Shown in pieces: positions 12,301-32,843 of a stretch of 64,000 nt of DNA. Position 1 is the stretch's first letter, and the number at the start of each line of letters is the position of its first letter. The notes under the pieces are model-generated. The model was not told the origin of the DNA, searched no databases, and worked only from the letters and a program-made list of their open reading frames with translations. The position numbers and the translations under genes were made by a program. Source of the stretch: Psilocybe cubensis (Eukaryota); NCBI GenBank assembly GCA_017499595.2, contig CM039001.1, positions 930,001 through 994,000 of the forward strand, read 5' to 3'.

Positions 12301-15300
12301 CAATTCGGAGTACTTGAGTCAATGATAGCACTGAAGCTGAGCGTTTGCTGAAGTATCCGGAACTGACAAAAATCACTGTCTGTATAGGGGAGAGTCTTCA
12401 AGGGTGTTCAAAAAACACTTCGTTGCATAACTAGAAGTATACCGCAGAAAAATGTCGCATGTACCAGATAGGCCTGTGCGCAAGTTGTACATTGTCTTCA
12501 AAGCTGTGAAGTGAGCGGATGGCAGATGCATTCAAAGTCCGCCGTATGTAATACGATTTTTTATATGGCAATAACCGGTAGAAAGCTGGCCTAGTAGTAG
12601 TACAGAAATGTCGTGCGAATTGTCTCGACTAGTAAGAAACTATCTAATGTAGGTGTCAGGGGGACCTTAATATATATATATGAATTTATCTCCTTTGGGA
12701 TTCCCAGGAATGCGGCCCGCGCTATCACCCATACGAGATTTTTGGAGTTCATTTTTGAATTCGAGAGGTGCTGGTGGAGTAGATGGTGTTAGGATTCAAA
12801 ATTTTGCACGAACATTAAAAAGGCATTCGATAAGTCTGAGAAATCTACAATACTTCTCCAAAAATAATTATGTAGTGCCGCCGCTGCGTAGAAAGATAGA
12901 CATTGCATTTCGTGAGATCAAATCACCCGAGGGAAAAATGAAAATGCAGTGGACATATTAGGCGCTCAAGCGCTCGTTGGCCAAGGGACAACTTACTCTG
13001 TGCCCACATTGCAACATATGTCATTAATAATTTAATAGAGTTGGTCAGAAATATCGTTCCAGAACAACGGGTTCCGAATCCAAGTCTTAATAATAGAATT
13101 CAGTGGCGTCCTTGCCACTGCCCGTATCTAGTCCGTATGTGAAGTCAGAACAACAATAGCGGAATATTGTATAGCTTTAATTAATTCAACGTCATTTGAA
13201 CCACAAAACATCCACATACGACGAATGTTTTGGGTCCGTGTCTTTTTCGTCTCTTTATTCCCAATTTTCACTAATCGTCTCGGATTATGGATAACGTATT
13301 CTGACTATGCCTCAAGGATATAGACTGAGTTTCGAACCGGATACCCCTTTTCCATCAAACTTATTTGCCTTTACTGGATGGACCCTCGATTTCCAGGCGC
13401 CTAATTATCGTCATATAAATTTCTTTGTGTATAAACATCCTAGCACCGTAGATTGACCATTACCAACTGTCCGCGAGATTTAACCTTCTGCCTGATGGTT
13501 AGAACTTACCCTCAACTGGCAAGGCGAATGCCAAAATATCCAAGTATGCACAACACGAAATGAATTCAAAACTTCTCCAATCGCAACGGGTATTTAGAAA
13601 TGGTTTTCGTCAAGTTATCATTCAGAGTACGAAACGCGCAGGTCAGGCGCTGCCAGTTTGTTATTCTTTTTTTAAACTCAAAATTGAAAACATGTAGCTG
13701 CGGATAGCTTTGAAATTAGGTGGATTCGGACCTTTAAGGTTGAAAAATTTTATAAACAAAGGCCCGGGATACACACGCACAGTATTTGAATATCGCGGAA
13801 GACCTGACCATCTCGCTTAATGTAGTCGCATATAGAAAGACTTGCATTTACAAAGTTAAGAGGAAGATCCCCATGTGGAGCCCAGAAATGTTCTGCGGGT
13901 GAATGCATTGCCCAGAATCTAAGTGAGGGATTTTCCCCATTCCCCGTCATGCTAGCAAGCAAGACAGAACGCTCGGAATAATTGAACGCGGCAGGTGTTT
14001 TTAGACCGCTACTCAGTGCCCTCGAAAAGCAAGTCACGGGTACATTAGAATACGTACATGAAGAGGTGAGAGCGATCGAAAACACAGAGGGGTAAACCTT
14101 CTTATCCAGTGAATGCTGAATGTTCTAATATTGGAACCCCGGCATACTCGGGGGAAGTGGCAAAGAGCTTGAAATATAGAAGCACTCAGCACAAGGTCTT
14201 TGACGTCTGGATATACTGCCACGACCACGTGGGTACCTAGGGGAATGCCGCGACAAGGCAAAACTAGGAAGAGTGTAGAACTATGGTATAGCTGCGTGGT
14301 CACAATGGTACTTGCAGCTTTCGTATCAGTATCGAAATGAAAAATACTCATTTTGACGCGCGCCGGGTAGCGTAGAAAGAGGGGGGGTTCGGGAACTCTG
14401 TGGCTCTGACCACTCATCACGGATGAACTTGGTATGTTATGCTAGTATGCCAGAAGCACTGCGTGAAGACATACAGAATGGGAGATTGAAATTTACTCCA
14501 TGTTAGTCAAGTTGGGTTCGTTTGTCTACTGCTTCCTGGACCCCTAAAGATAAAAATAAGCTACCCAAGATCTTCACCAAATCTCAACGATGCAGATAAC
14601 TTTGCGGAACGGACCATTTTAGACATACGTGGATGTACCGACACAGAATCGGAGGGCGTTGGAGCGCTAGGCAAACATGGATGGGATTTGGAGTGGCTTC
14701 CGGCGGTAAATGGAAGCCAAAGATTTCACTAAAGACCAAGGAACACCCAAAAATGAGTGTGCGCTAATACTGGCAGATGATAGCACAGTGTTCATTTTAA
14801 ACCGTGAGCAGTCATACCGCATATCCAATTGAATGTTGTCCTGATTTTCTGCCAGCGAATGCAATTACGACTAGAGAGTTTAGAGTGGGGAGCAGTACCG
14901 TAGTGGGTTTTTTGACGGATGTGCCGTGTTTTGCCGTGTGTATTTACTGCTCTGCACAATGCCACAAATTGAATTGTTGCCGTATCGTCGAATAACCGTA
15001 TTTTCTTCCGCAGTAGGCAAGTACTTTGCAATTGTAAGTGGATTGTGCCCGATAGCACGACCAAAAATAATTGTGAATGAGTTGACGGCGCAGTACTCTT
15101 GGTCCAAGTGGCCCAGAATTGGCTCACCGACCTACCCAAAATCGAACTTCGTACTCCCGTGGAAGATTTCGAAGACAGAACGCTGAATCGACGCTATGGG
15201 TGTTTCCGTCAGCGTCGGGCATTAGGTCCAGTCATAGATAGTGCGAAGCATGAATAACTTGAGGAACGCCCGTGCTAATTCTCGGCATGAGACGCAGCGG

Positions 15301-16580
15301 ATTTTCTGAGTTGGATTTCTCACTGTGCTGTGAAAGAAGCTATGGACCCGCGGCGTCATAGTTATCTAAAACTGCCCAGAAGGGCTTCGGGCGCAAGGCA
15401 CCGATTAAAGAAGTCCTTCTAAAGAGGTGAGATGTGGCCTGAACAGAAGCTCGGAGAGGGTTAGAATCAAAGTCAGAAGAGTTCAACCCGAGATCTTGCC
15501 TATTTTTGTGATCAATGTCGTGGGTCAGACGTGTCACTGTTACCGCCGATTTATTCATGACCCCTTGGCATTCTTATCCATTAGCTACAATAATTTCCCA
15601 TGACTCTGAAACTGGTACAACGATAATCACAGTACTATACGGTAAGCATTGTAATTCCTTCAGAAGGTGAAAAGTGTGATGCTGCATGCACTGACTACGG
15701 TACAGGTTGCTTTGGCGGTGCTACGCTTAGTGATTCGCCGTCTCGACAGCAACTCCGAAGGAAGGTAGTATGTAGAAAGGTAGTAGATCTAAGGTAGAGC
15801 AAATATCCACGGGGCATGTGCTTCAAATGCCCGATAAGCTGGTACGAGTGTTTTAAATTGGGATGCAATCGAAGAAGGATGGGATATCAGTATGACTCCA
15901 ATCTCGCAAATTGCAAAAGGGAGAAGTGGTCATGGATAAGGACGGCTTAACTTACAAGACGTGTATTACATTACTGTATGTAAAATGCTAGGAATAATGT
16001 AGCAATTAGAAAGTGGCGAAACTGTCATAATATCAGGGGGATGTTCAAATGCACCCATGAAACGCGACTATAATTATGCAGTGCGTAATTATCCTCTCAC
16101 CCCAGTCCAGTGCCTGTCGAGTACGGTGGAAAGGTTCTTTGGCATAGCCTTGGTGCGTCGGCCTTCTTTCCCGTATGAACGTTGTCTGTTACTGCTGCCA
16201 ATGATTATTCGGCAGGAATGACTCGAGATCCAGGTCCCGCAGGTGTCGCCCGGGATATTTGGACATCTCTATGCGATCATACCACGGGAGGTGATGTCTG
16301 ACAGCCAGAAGAATGACCCTGCCTTATTTGGCAAGAAAGGCCACGCGGTGCGCAAAGGCGGTTGCGCTACAATCTACTCTTGTGTCAACCCCTGCATGTC
16401 GTAGGTAAGAGAGAGAGAGATCCAAATGCGCGAAAACAATCACGCAATCGAAAAGGTTTTGAGGAGTCGGGAATTCTGCCGTTGGTGTGAAAATGCGACC
16501 GCTACGCAGAAACGCAGGCAATCCTGCACCACGTTCCTAGTCGAATTAGCACCTCGCTTTGGGGCCAAGCCGGATATGTG

Positions 16581-17641
16581 CTAAGTGGCGAGTTGGTCCG
16601 CCTTTAAGGGCCTGCCTCCTTGCTCGAGATCTGCGCCCTCTAAAGAGCGGGACGGGAGTTCCGTATGGCGATGCGCTTTGCCAGGGAAGAGCTTTGAAAT
16701 ATACGATAAGCCGGTTGCTGCAATTCTTGTGCCAATCCACTGTGCTAATGAAACTCCAGGCAATAAACCCATGACATCTTTAATGTCCCATATATCCCTA
16801 TGATGAGTGACGAGTCCCTGTTCATTGAAGGACAGCCGAGTGACTATCCTCAGTTTGAAATGCAGGGGAGAAGGGAATGCTAACGAGGTCCCAGGGATAG
16901 GTAAAGAGGGAGAGATAAAGGGTTGCGATAGTGAGGGTAAAACTGGAGACCCGTGTATATTTACGAGGGAGTCGGTCGAGTTATTGACAGTGTGCGATAT
17001 CGACCCTTCACGGTGGATCCCCGGAAGGACCAAAATATTAAGGGTGTGTTCAACAATTGCTTTACGGTGGCCATCTGCAGCGTTATCAAATCACTGTGCA
17101 CAACTTTTTATGCATTTGCATAACGCACCAAATGATTCGTTCTCGCAGATATCCACGACGTCAGTCCAAACCCGCAAAGCCTCAAATAGAAGGTCATTGG
17201 ACGTTGGAACCCGCAAACGAAAGAGTGTGCAAATCACGGCCAAGGGTCTCGGCACATCTACGGAGCTCAACTGGCGCGATAGCCTATGTATATCGCCTAT
17301 AACAGAGCGGGAAGTGGCAGTAATGAATGGATTTTCATAACTAGGGATCGGGTTGGATTAGACTTCGTGTGCCTAGGTGGGCGAGCAACACTAAGGACTT
17401 ACACTAAAGAATTAGAAGATTAGAATGCATTGAGCGATCAGAGAACATTATACTCACGAGCGTTAGCTTCATAGAAATTGTCCACTGTATCTGCGGACAC
17501 AGGGCTTTCTCCGTAAACTGAGTAACAGACATCGAGAGCTGTCGCGCGTGTCGACGCCGTCGAGATTTCGGGGGAGCGTGTATTCAAAGGATGCACGGAA
17601 AAGGGTATAACGTTTGTGATAGCACTGTCGTTAGACGCCAT
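16581..17641 (-). CDS. Conserved hypothetical protein, probable NTF2/SnoaL-like fold
   Basis: Spliced model: exon 17641-17458, 1-nt exon 17403, exon 17340-17129, exon 17074-16581. It gives ...FYEANALYENPF...ESFDGHRKAIVEH...RLSFNEQGLVTHHRDIWD. The YENP and LxFNxxGxVTHHRDxW pattern resembles SnoaL/NTF2-like proteins (inference). Confidence 0.75.
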
Positions 17642-18045
17642 TGAGGAGTATAGGATGTATAATGTAGGATGGATAGATGAGTGACAATATAGTGGTGCTC
17701 TGCTCAGTGCTCGCCACTCCGCTCAACTACGGTTGTGGTACCACGTGAGCCTACCTCCCCATTAGGGTGATGCCATCAAGCGAGCATAACCCCGTCTTTT
17801 CTGCTCGTAATAAACCTTGAATGATGTATGAATGATACAGCATTCTCGAGCAAAAGAATTTAATCAAAGGCGCAGTCGAAATTCAAAGCCCTGGAAGATT
17901 GGTTTCTGTACAACACATTGAGCGGCGACTCGCAAATGGCTATGACTGTCATCGTCACTTGCGTCACAGATTGATAGTCACACAAATTTCTCATTTTGAA
18001 ATTAAATATCTCGCTCTGGTACACATATAGCTTGCAGTCTTTGGA

Positions 18046-21000
18046 ATGGCCAAAGGATCGCAGCTATCACAGCTAAAAGCTGCTCTCAATAAAGCAGGGC
18101 TAACGGGACCTCCGAATAGCAAAAAAAGAAAGCGCGGTCAACCTCTAGAGAAAGACAAGGAGAAAAAAGCTGCAAAGCTCGAAGAGATCCACCAGCGTCT
18201 CAATCCTTTTGATGTCAAGGTCACAAAGTTGAAACACGATGTTGGAGGGAGAAGACTGAAGGGAATCACCGGAAGGCCTGCAAAAAGCAAGCAGGCTGAC
18301 CTTGATCAGGTACGCCAAGCGGTCGATTCCTTCTCTGGCCACCTTTACAATCAAATATCCTCAGCGCAAGAAAGTGTTGTTGAAGGAATATGAAGAAAAA
18401 GACAGAGCTGGTGGCATTGTCGATCGACGTTTCGGTGAAAATGATCCTACTATGAGCTTGGAAGAACGTATGCTGGAACGCTTCACCAAGGAGAGACAAC
18501 GGGCTTCGAAGGGAATGGCGTTCAATCTGGAGGACGAGGATGACCTCACACACTATGGTCAAAGTTTATCAAAAATGGACGACTTTGACGACGTTGGACT
18601 GGAAGAAGATAGCGACGAAGAAGATAAGCATGGTAAGGATGGAGTCTATTCCGACTAGTGCAATATAGTTATGTTGGTCTAGGTCAAATTGCCCGAGATG
18701 TTGTCAGTAGGACACATTTTGGCGGCTTTGGAGACGAACCGGAAGAAGAGGAAGAAGGGGTGCGTATAACCAATAGCTCAGTTAAGCCATTATTGACCTA
18801 TTCAACTTAGCCTGCGAGAAAGAAAACGAAGGCTGAGGTCATGGCCGAAGTAATGGCCAAAAGTAAAGAGCATAAAGTACTTTTCATCCCTCTCTTACTT
18901 ACATCAGGTAACTTACGTTTCATTGCACTAGATGCGCCGACAAATGGAACGCGACCAAGACGATAACATTCGTCACGAACTCGATAATCAATTTGCGGAT
19001 TTACGAGAACTAATTTTCGCGCCAGACCCTTCGTCTAGTGGTAGCAATATGATACCGCTTGGTGTACGAGAGGGGGGGCCATATCCCAAACCACCCGTTG
19101 ATGCCGAAACTGTAGTGACCAAACTGATTCCTACGGGCGAAGGCGATGATTATGACCAACACGTCCGAGAGTTGGCGTTTGACAAACGCGCCAAACCCAA
19201 AGATCGAACAAAGACAGAAGAGGAATTGGCATTGGAGGCAAAAGAAGCCTTGGAAAAGGCAGAAAGAAGGCGCCGAAGGCGTATGTTGGGTCTGGACGAA
19301 AGCGAAGACGAAGATGAAGGAGGAAAGGGAAAAGCGAAGCGGAAAAGAGGAGGAGACGACTTAGACGATGATTTCGACGATCCTAATGAAGACCTAAGTT
19401 TATTGGGACCAGGCCTCGGAGGTGAGGTTGCTGCGGATGAAGACGACGAAGAGGAAAGTGATGAGGATGAAGAAGAAGGTAGCGACGAAGGAGAGGAAGA
19501 AGAAGGATCGGATGAGGATGGTAATTCCGAGCTTGAAGGCTCAGATGAATCAGAAGGAGAGGAGGGAGATCATGAACAACTTGTTGCGCCTCGCAGAACA
19601 GCAAAAACAAAATCCAAGGGCAAAAAGAAGGCGAAGCAAGAACTACCTTTCACTTTTCCATGTCCCAGCAGTCACGAGGAATTCCTTGAAATCATTGAAG
19701 ACATTGACGACGACGATGTACCCGTAGTGGTGCAAAGAATACGTGCCTTGTATCATACAAGTCTAGCGGCTGATAATAAACTTAAGCTCCAGGTAGGCAA
19801 TTCCAAGTTTTCTAAAATACATTTCACATACTTTATCTGGTAACAGACATTCGCAACAATACTCATCGATCACGTCCTATATATTGCCTCTCCTCCAAAT
19901 CCCCGCTATTCCTTGATAACAGCTTTATTCCCTCACATCCTTGCCATAACGAAAGCATATCCTATTCCAATTGCCCGTCATTTCAACAGCAAACTAAATC
20001 TAATGCATAAAAACCTGAAACGAGGGCTTTCCCGTGGCCCTCTCGACCCTGATGCCAAAACATGGCCTGGAATTCCAGAGTTGTCTCTCCTACGATTAAT
20101 TGGACTTATCTGGCCGACCAGTGATCTCAACCACGCGGTTGTTTCCCCTACGCGACTTCTTTTAGGTGCATACCTTGGCTTGGGACGGGTGAGGACATTG
20201 CGCGATATTGCAAGTGGTTTGTTTTTGTCCACTCTGTTCCTGCAATACGAATCACTCTCGAAGCGACTTGTACCAGAAGTAATCAATTTCCTCCTAAATA
20301 CCGTTCTTTTCCTTGCACCGCATCCGTTTGAGCGCGTCACCGATCTTCCTGGCTCGTTCCCTTCACCCGACTTCCGATCAAAATTATGCCAAAAACTCGC
20401 CATGGATGCTAAAGTTAAAAAATCGCTCGTAGCCCGAAAGGCAAACTTGACGACACTTATGGAATCTGATGATTCAGACGAGCAGGCAAAGGCGGACTTG
20501 CTCTCGCTTTCCTTCGGATTACTTGGGGAATTTGCCGGTTTGTATAAAGGCCTTGATGGTTTCATTGAATTATATGAGCCTGTGTTAGCTGTCCTCGAAA
20601 ATCTTGATAGCAAACATCTTTTCGACGGCCACAAGGTAGAAATTTTACACATCTTCTTTTTCTTTACTTAATTTATTCTGCTACCCTAGACACAACTTGG
20701 GAAACTCGTTGACTCCCTTCAACGACTGCTCAAATTTTCACATCAAGCCAGAAAGCCGCTGTGTCTACAAGCACATAGGCCTATCCCTATCCCAACCTAC
20801 ATTCCCAAGTTTGAAACTACTACGTCGAACTACCTGCGCAGGCAAGATCCTGATCATGAAAAGAACCAGGCCTCCAAATTGCGCAACCAGTACAAACAGG
20901 AGAGGAAAGGCGCCATCAGAGAGCTGAGAAAAGACGCCAGATTCCTTGCAGGTGTGGAACAGAAGAAGCAGATTGAAAAGGATCGCGCATATAATGAACG

Positions 21001-21100
21001 CATGCGTCGTGTATTTGGGTCTATCGAAGGTGAACGGGCAGAAGAAAAGGCAATGGAGAGAGAAAAGGCCAAAGACAAGAGAAGAGCAGGCAAAAAGTAG
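18046..21100 (+). CDS. NOP14: Nucleolar protein NOP14 (40S/SSU processome), multi-exon
   Basis: [54 protein letters not shown], acidic tract, ELPFTFPCP, and C-terminal [17 protein letters not shown]. Confidence 0.93.
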
Positions 21101-21619
21101 AGGTTCTCGGGTGGTTTGCATGGTTAATCACCTATTTGACCCTGAAAGAGTCGTATATAGTGCGAATTATAAAAATCTCAGCCTTGCTTCAGGCGTTCTT
21201 GAAATACAAATTTCCAAATCAAGAAATTGGAAAAATGCCTGAAGATGTTGTAATCGAAGCTTAAAAACACTGTAATCGGGCCTGAAAACATGGTGACACT
21301 GGGAAAATAACATAATAAATTGCCTCCCGTCTTTCCGTGCAAAGTACGGGTACACTGCTAGCATGGTTAACTTTGAAAATCAAAGTTTCACATCGTTACG
21401 CTTTGCTCATCCATTAACGTCACGTGGCACATGAATTTAAGCAATCGTCGTTGTTGAAATTTCCAAGCTTTTTCACCGTTCTTTATCTCTTTATTGTGCT
21501 TCTTTGGCCCGTCTTTTTATTTGTTTTCAATTGAAACGAATCATACACAAACGGGATAACTCGAGGACGTCGTTATATACAATAACGTCGCCAATGGTTG
21601 AAATTAGCCTGACTTTGCG

Positions 21620-30277
<8,658 letters not shown>

Positions 30278-30587
30278 TAGTGTAGTTTGTACTTATCGAC
30301 TTACATACATCATATGTTTCTTTTTCTAGTTGACTCGAGCGAAAAAAACAAATAGAATATCTTCGTCAACATGAATAAAAACTCCCGAAGATAAGATTAG
30401 ATGAATATACTGGTTAGGGACTCCGTCACAACTTCAACATCATCTCACGATCCTTATGTTGTCGGTTCCTATTTACGGTTCACTTCTACAGGAACTACGC
30501 AAATAGTTGCTGTCTCGCAGACATCTTCGTCGTCAATAAGCGACACAAGGCATAACCAATAAACCGTTGGTTGGCGCAGGTTCGGCT

Positions 30588-32590
30588 ATGGGCCGCAATC
30601 CACAAGACCTTGTTGGTAGTGGTGCAAATAGTGAGTCTCCGAACAAGTTGTGCGTGGACCCATTGTGAATTTTGTATTCCAGAAGATGACACGGCATCCT
30701 CAAATTTCAAGAATATACTGCACGTCGCCTGCTTTCCGAATTTGATTGAACCTCGTGAACATACCCCTTCAGATATATATTGCCGTATTCTATCGATGGC
30801 AGGGAATGGGTTTCCCTTTTGGCCAGGCTCTACTCCAATCCTACGAGAGCCGTATACTCGGCGAACGATTGAGGTTGGAGATGTCGGATATATAAACCAG
30901 ATGGGCAACTTCGAATTCGCATTCAATCTTTTCCTCCCCTCTGATGATCCCTTGAACCAATTCAACCGAAACAAACTTCCAGAAGGGTATGTCCCATTAG
31001 ATCCTCCTTATGAGTCTGAAATCTCCAGGATACCAGGTTACTATCCGCCTGGATCTGTCATTGCGACCAAAGGCATTGACGTTCATCGACTAGGTGAAAA
31101 CCCTCTGTATGTCATTTTCCGAATTTAAATCAAATTTATTCCACTCATTGAAACTAAACTTCGCAACAGTCACCTCAAATTTACTTCTTCGGAGCCAGAG
31201 GTGGCCGTCCTTGTCCTCCCTGATGGTGCCAGAAGAGAAGATTTAGCAACGTCCCGTGTACAGGAATATTTGAAGAAACACGCTGAAAACTGGATACAAT
31301 TCTTCACCGAAGAAAATGTTTTTCGTGCAATTCCGAATGGTGGTATATATGTTATTACTGGCATTGACAAAGCAGTATCATACTCAGCATCTACCTTTCC
31401 TGGACGAGGTTATGTGGGCAACAGACGCATATCTTTTGAATATGAACACAAATTTCGGCAACTCGGCCGCAAAACGGGTATCGCCTCATACAACTGGAAA
31501 ACTTCTGAGCGTGATACCGAAGAACGATGTTTATTTTTTCGTGGAATACGGATAGGACTCTCACACCCAGAGTGGAACCTGCGAATTGACGAAGTGCACC
31601 CCGATTCCACTCCCGTCTCGGTGTTGCCCCAAGCTCCTCCCATCTCGGACCAAATTCTGCCTGCAAAACAGGACGGCAAACCTATTCAACCTGGCAGCGA
31701 CAACTATAGTAAAGGACTGGATATCGATAGCCATGACAAAGAAAATCAGGATATCGATAGCCATGACGAAGAAAATCAAGATATCGATAGCGATGACGAA
31801 GAAAATCAGAATATCGATAGCGATGACGAAGAAATTCAGGATACCGAAATCCATGACGAAGAAAATCAGGATATCGATAGCGATGACGAAGAAAATCAGG
31901 ATATCGATAGTGATGACGAAGAAATTCAGGATCCCGTTGTGGATCCCATTGTCAAAGTCCAGAATGTACGTAGTATCCATCGCCGATTCAACTAAGTCTG
32001 AAATACCTTTAGTGTTCATTTCACCCATCGGACTTAATTCTCCAGATAATGCTTTCTCAGGTATGTTTGCTTATTGGAATTTTCGAATATTTTTGACTGA
32101 AGGGCTCCTTGTATCAGTACCCTGATGCCAAAGTTGCTCTTGTTGATGACTACATATGGTCGAACGCGATAAAGCATTCCCGAAAATCCGACGATCCGTT
32201 GACTTTTAAATGTTCCCAAGGAGCCTTCGTTGCGGATTGGGGATCCCTATTGGAAAACATCTTCAAGTCACATGAAATTGTTGAGAAAGATGGTGTGTTA
32301 TGACCTATGGTATTCTCATCCGATTCAATGTTAATAAAATTAAGGAATTCTGCTTCTTACTCCGCAACGGAAAAAAAGAATTTCCTGGGTGCGTGGCATG
32401 ATCTGAAGTGTGAAAAAACTTTTATTAAATATGTTTTCCTCAGATTTGGTTGCTTCGCAATATATGGAGCCGACTGAGGCCAAAGCGACTTGCAGTGGAA
32501 CCAGCTTGGGCATCAAATCTCATCCTGGATTTGATTCGTCAGGGTGAAGCTATTAAAGGATCAGACGAGATTTTTAAAATTTGTTACTAG
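30588..32590 (+). CDS. Uncharacterised GDVG-family protein, paralog A (possible gasdermin-like core, acidic repeats, FHPSD C-terminal domain)
   Basis: Seven-exon model with GT-AG introns (e.g. 30631-30682, 31107-31169, 31966-32012, 32061-32117). Motifs GFPFWP, IEVGDVG, FEFAFNLFLPSDDPLN, VLVLPDGA, HAENW, IYVITGIDKA, FHPSD. Splice sites are conserved in copies B and C. Confidence 0.75.
31720..31929 (+). repeat. Coding 30-bp tandem repeat x7 (DIDSxDEENQ)
   Basis: Seven units of GATATCGATAGCSATGACGAAGAAAATCAG. Confidence 0.95.
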
Positions 32591-32616
32591 TGGCTGCTTG
32601 GTGGTGGCTAACATAT

Positions 32617-32843
32617 GGAAATGCGGCAAACACGAGGATTGCTCAGTAATCCTTATCAACCTCATGGCGATCTACCATTTCAAGCAATTGGCATCCAGTT
32701 TCTGACTCCGCAGGTTGGTAAAGACAGCGCTAAGCAGGTATTGACAGGTACTTTGTCGAAGTGTGTATGTTCGTGGCAAGTGCTATTTTTGGCATCATAT
32801 GTCTTGGCAATGTTTGCCAAGCCCTATTCACTAGAAGTTACTA
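32617..32843 (+). repeat. Duplicated spacer segment (paralogous to ~56545-56771), split by the transposon insertion
   Basis: Near-identical to 56545-56771. Homology resumes at 49655 against 56770. Confidence 0.9.

Noticed and set aside
6400-16500. Many 60-140 aa ORFs in a ~10-kb gene-poor stretch
   Set aside because: I could not build a spliced gene or recognise a domain. A degenerate gene or ncRNA cannot be excluded.
16807-17340. 177-aa plus-strand ORF, and similar antisense ORFs at 19978-20652, 24055-24483, 44322-44984
   Set aside because: Antisense shadows of real genes.
31720-31929. 30-bp repeats as a CRISPR-like array
   Set aside because: Contiguous units with no spacers, in a eukaryotic coding exon.
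31561-32125. Hydrophobic (IDILIFFVIA)n antisense and (IAMTKKIRIS)n alternate-frame ORFs, also at 53210 and 58869
   Set aside because: By-products of the stop-free 30-bp coding repeat.
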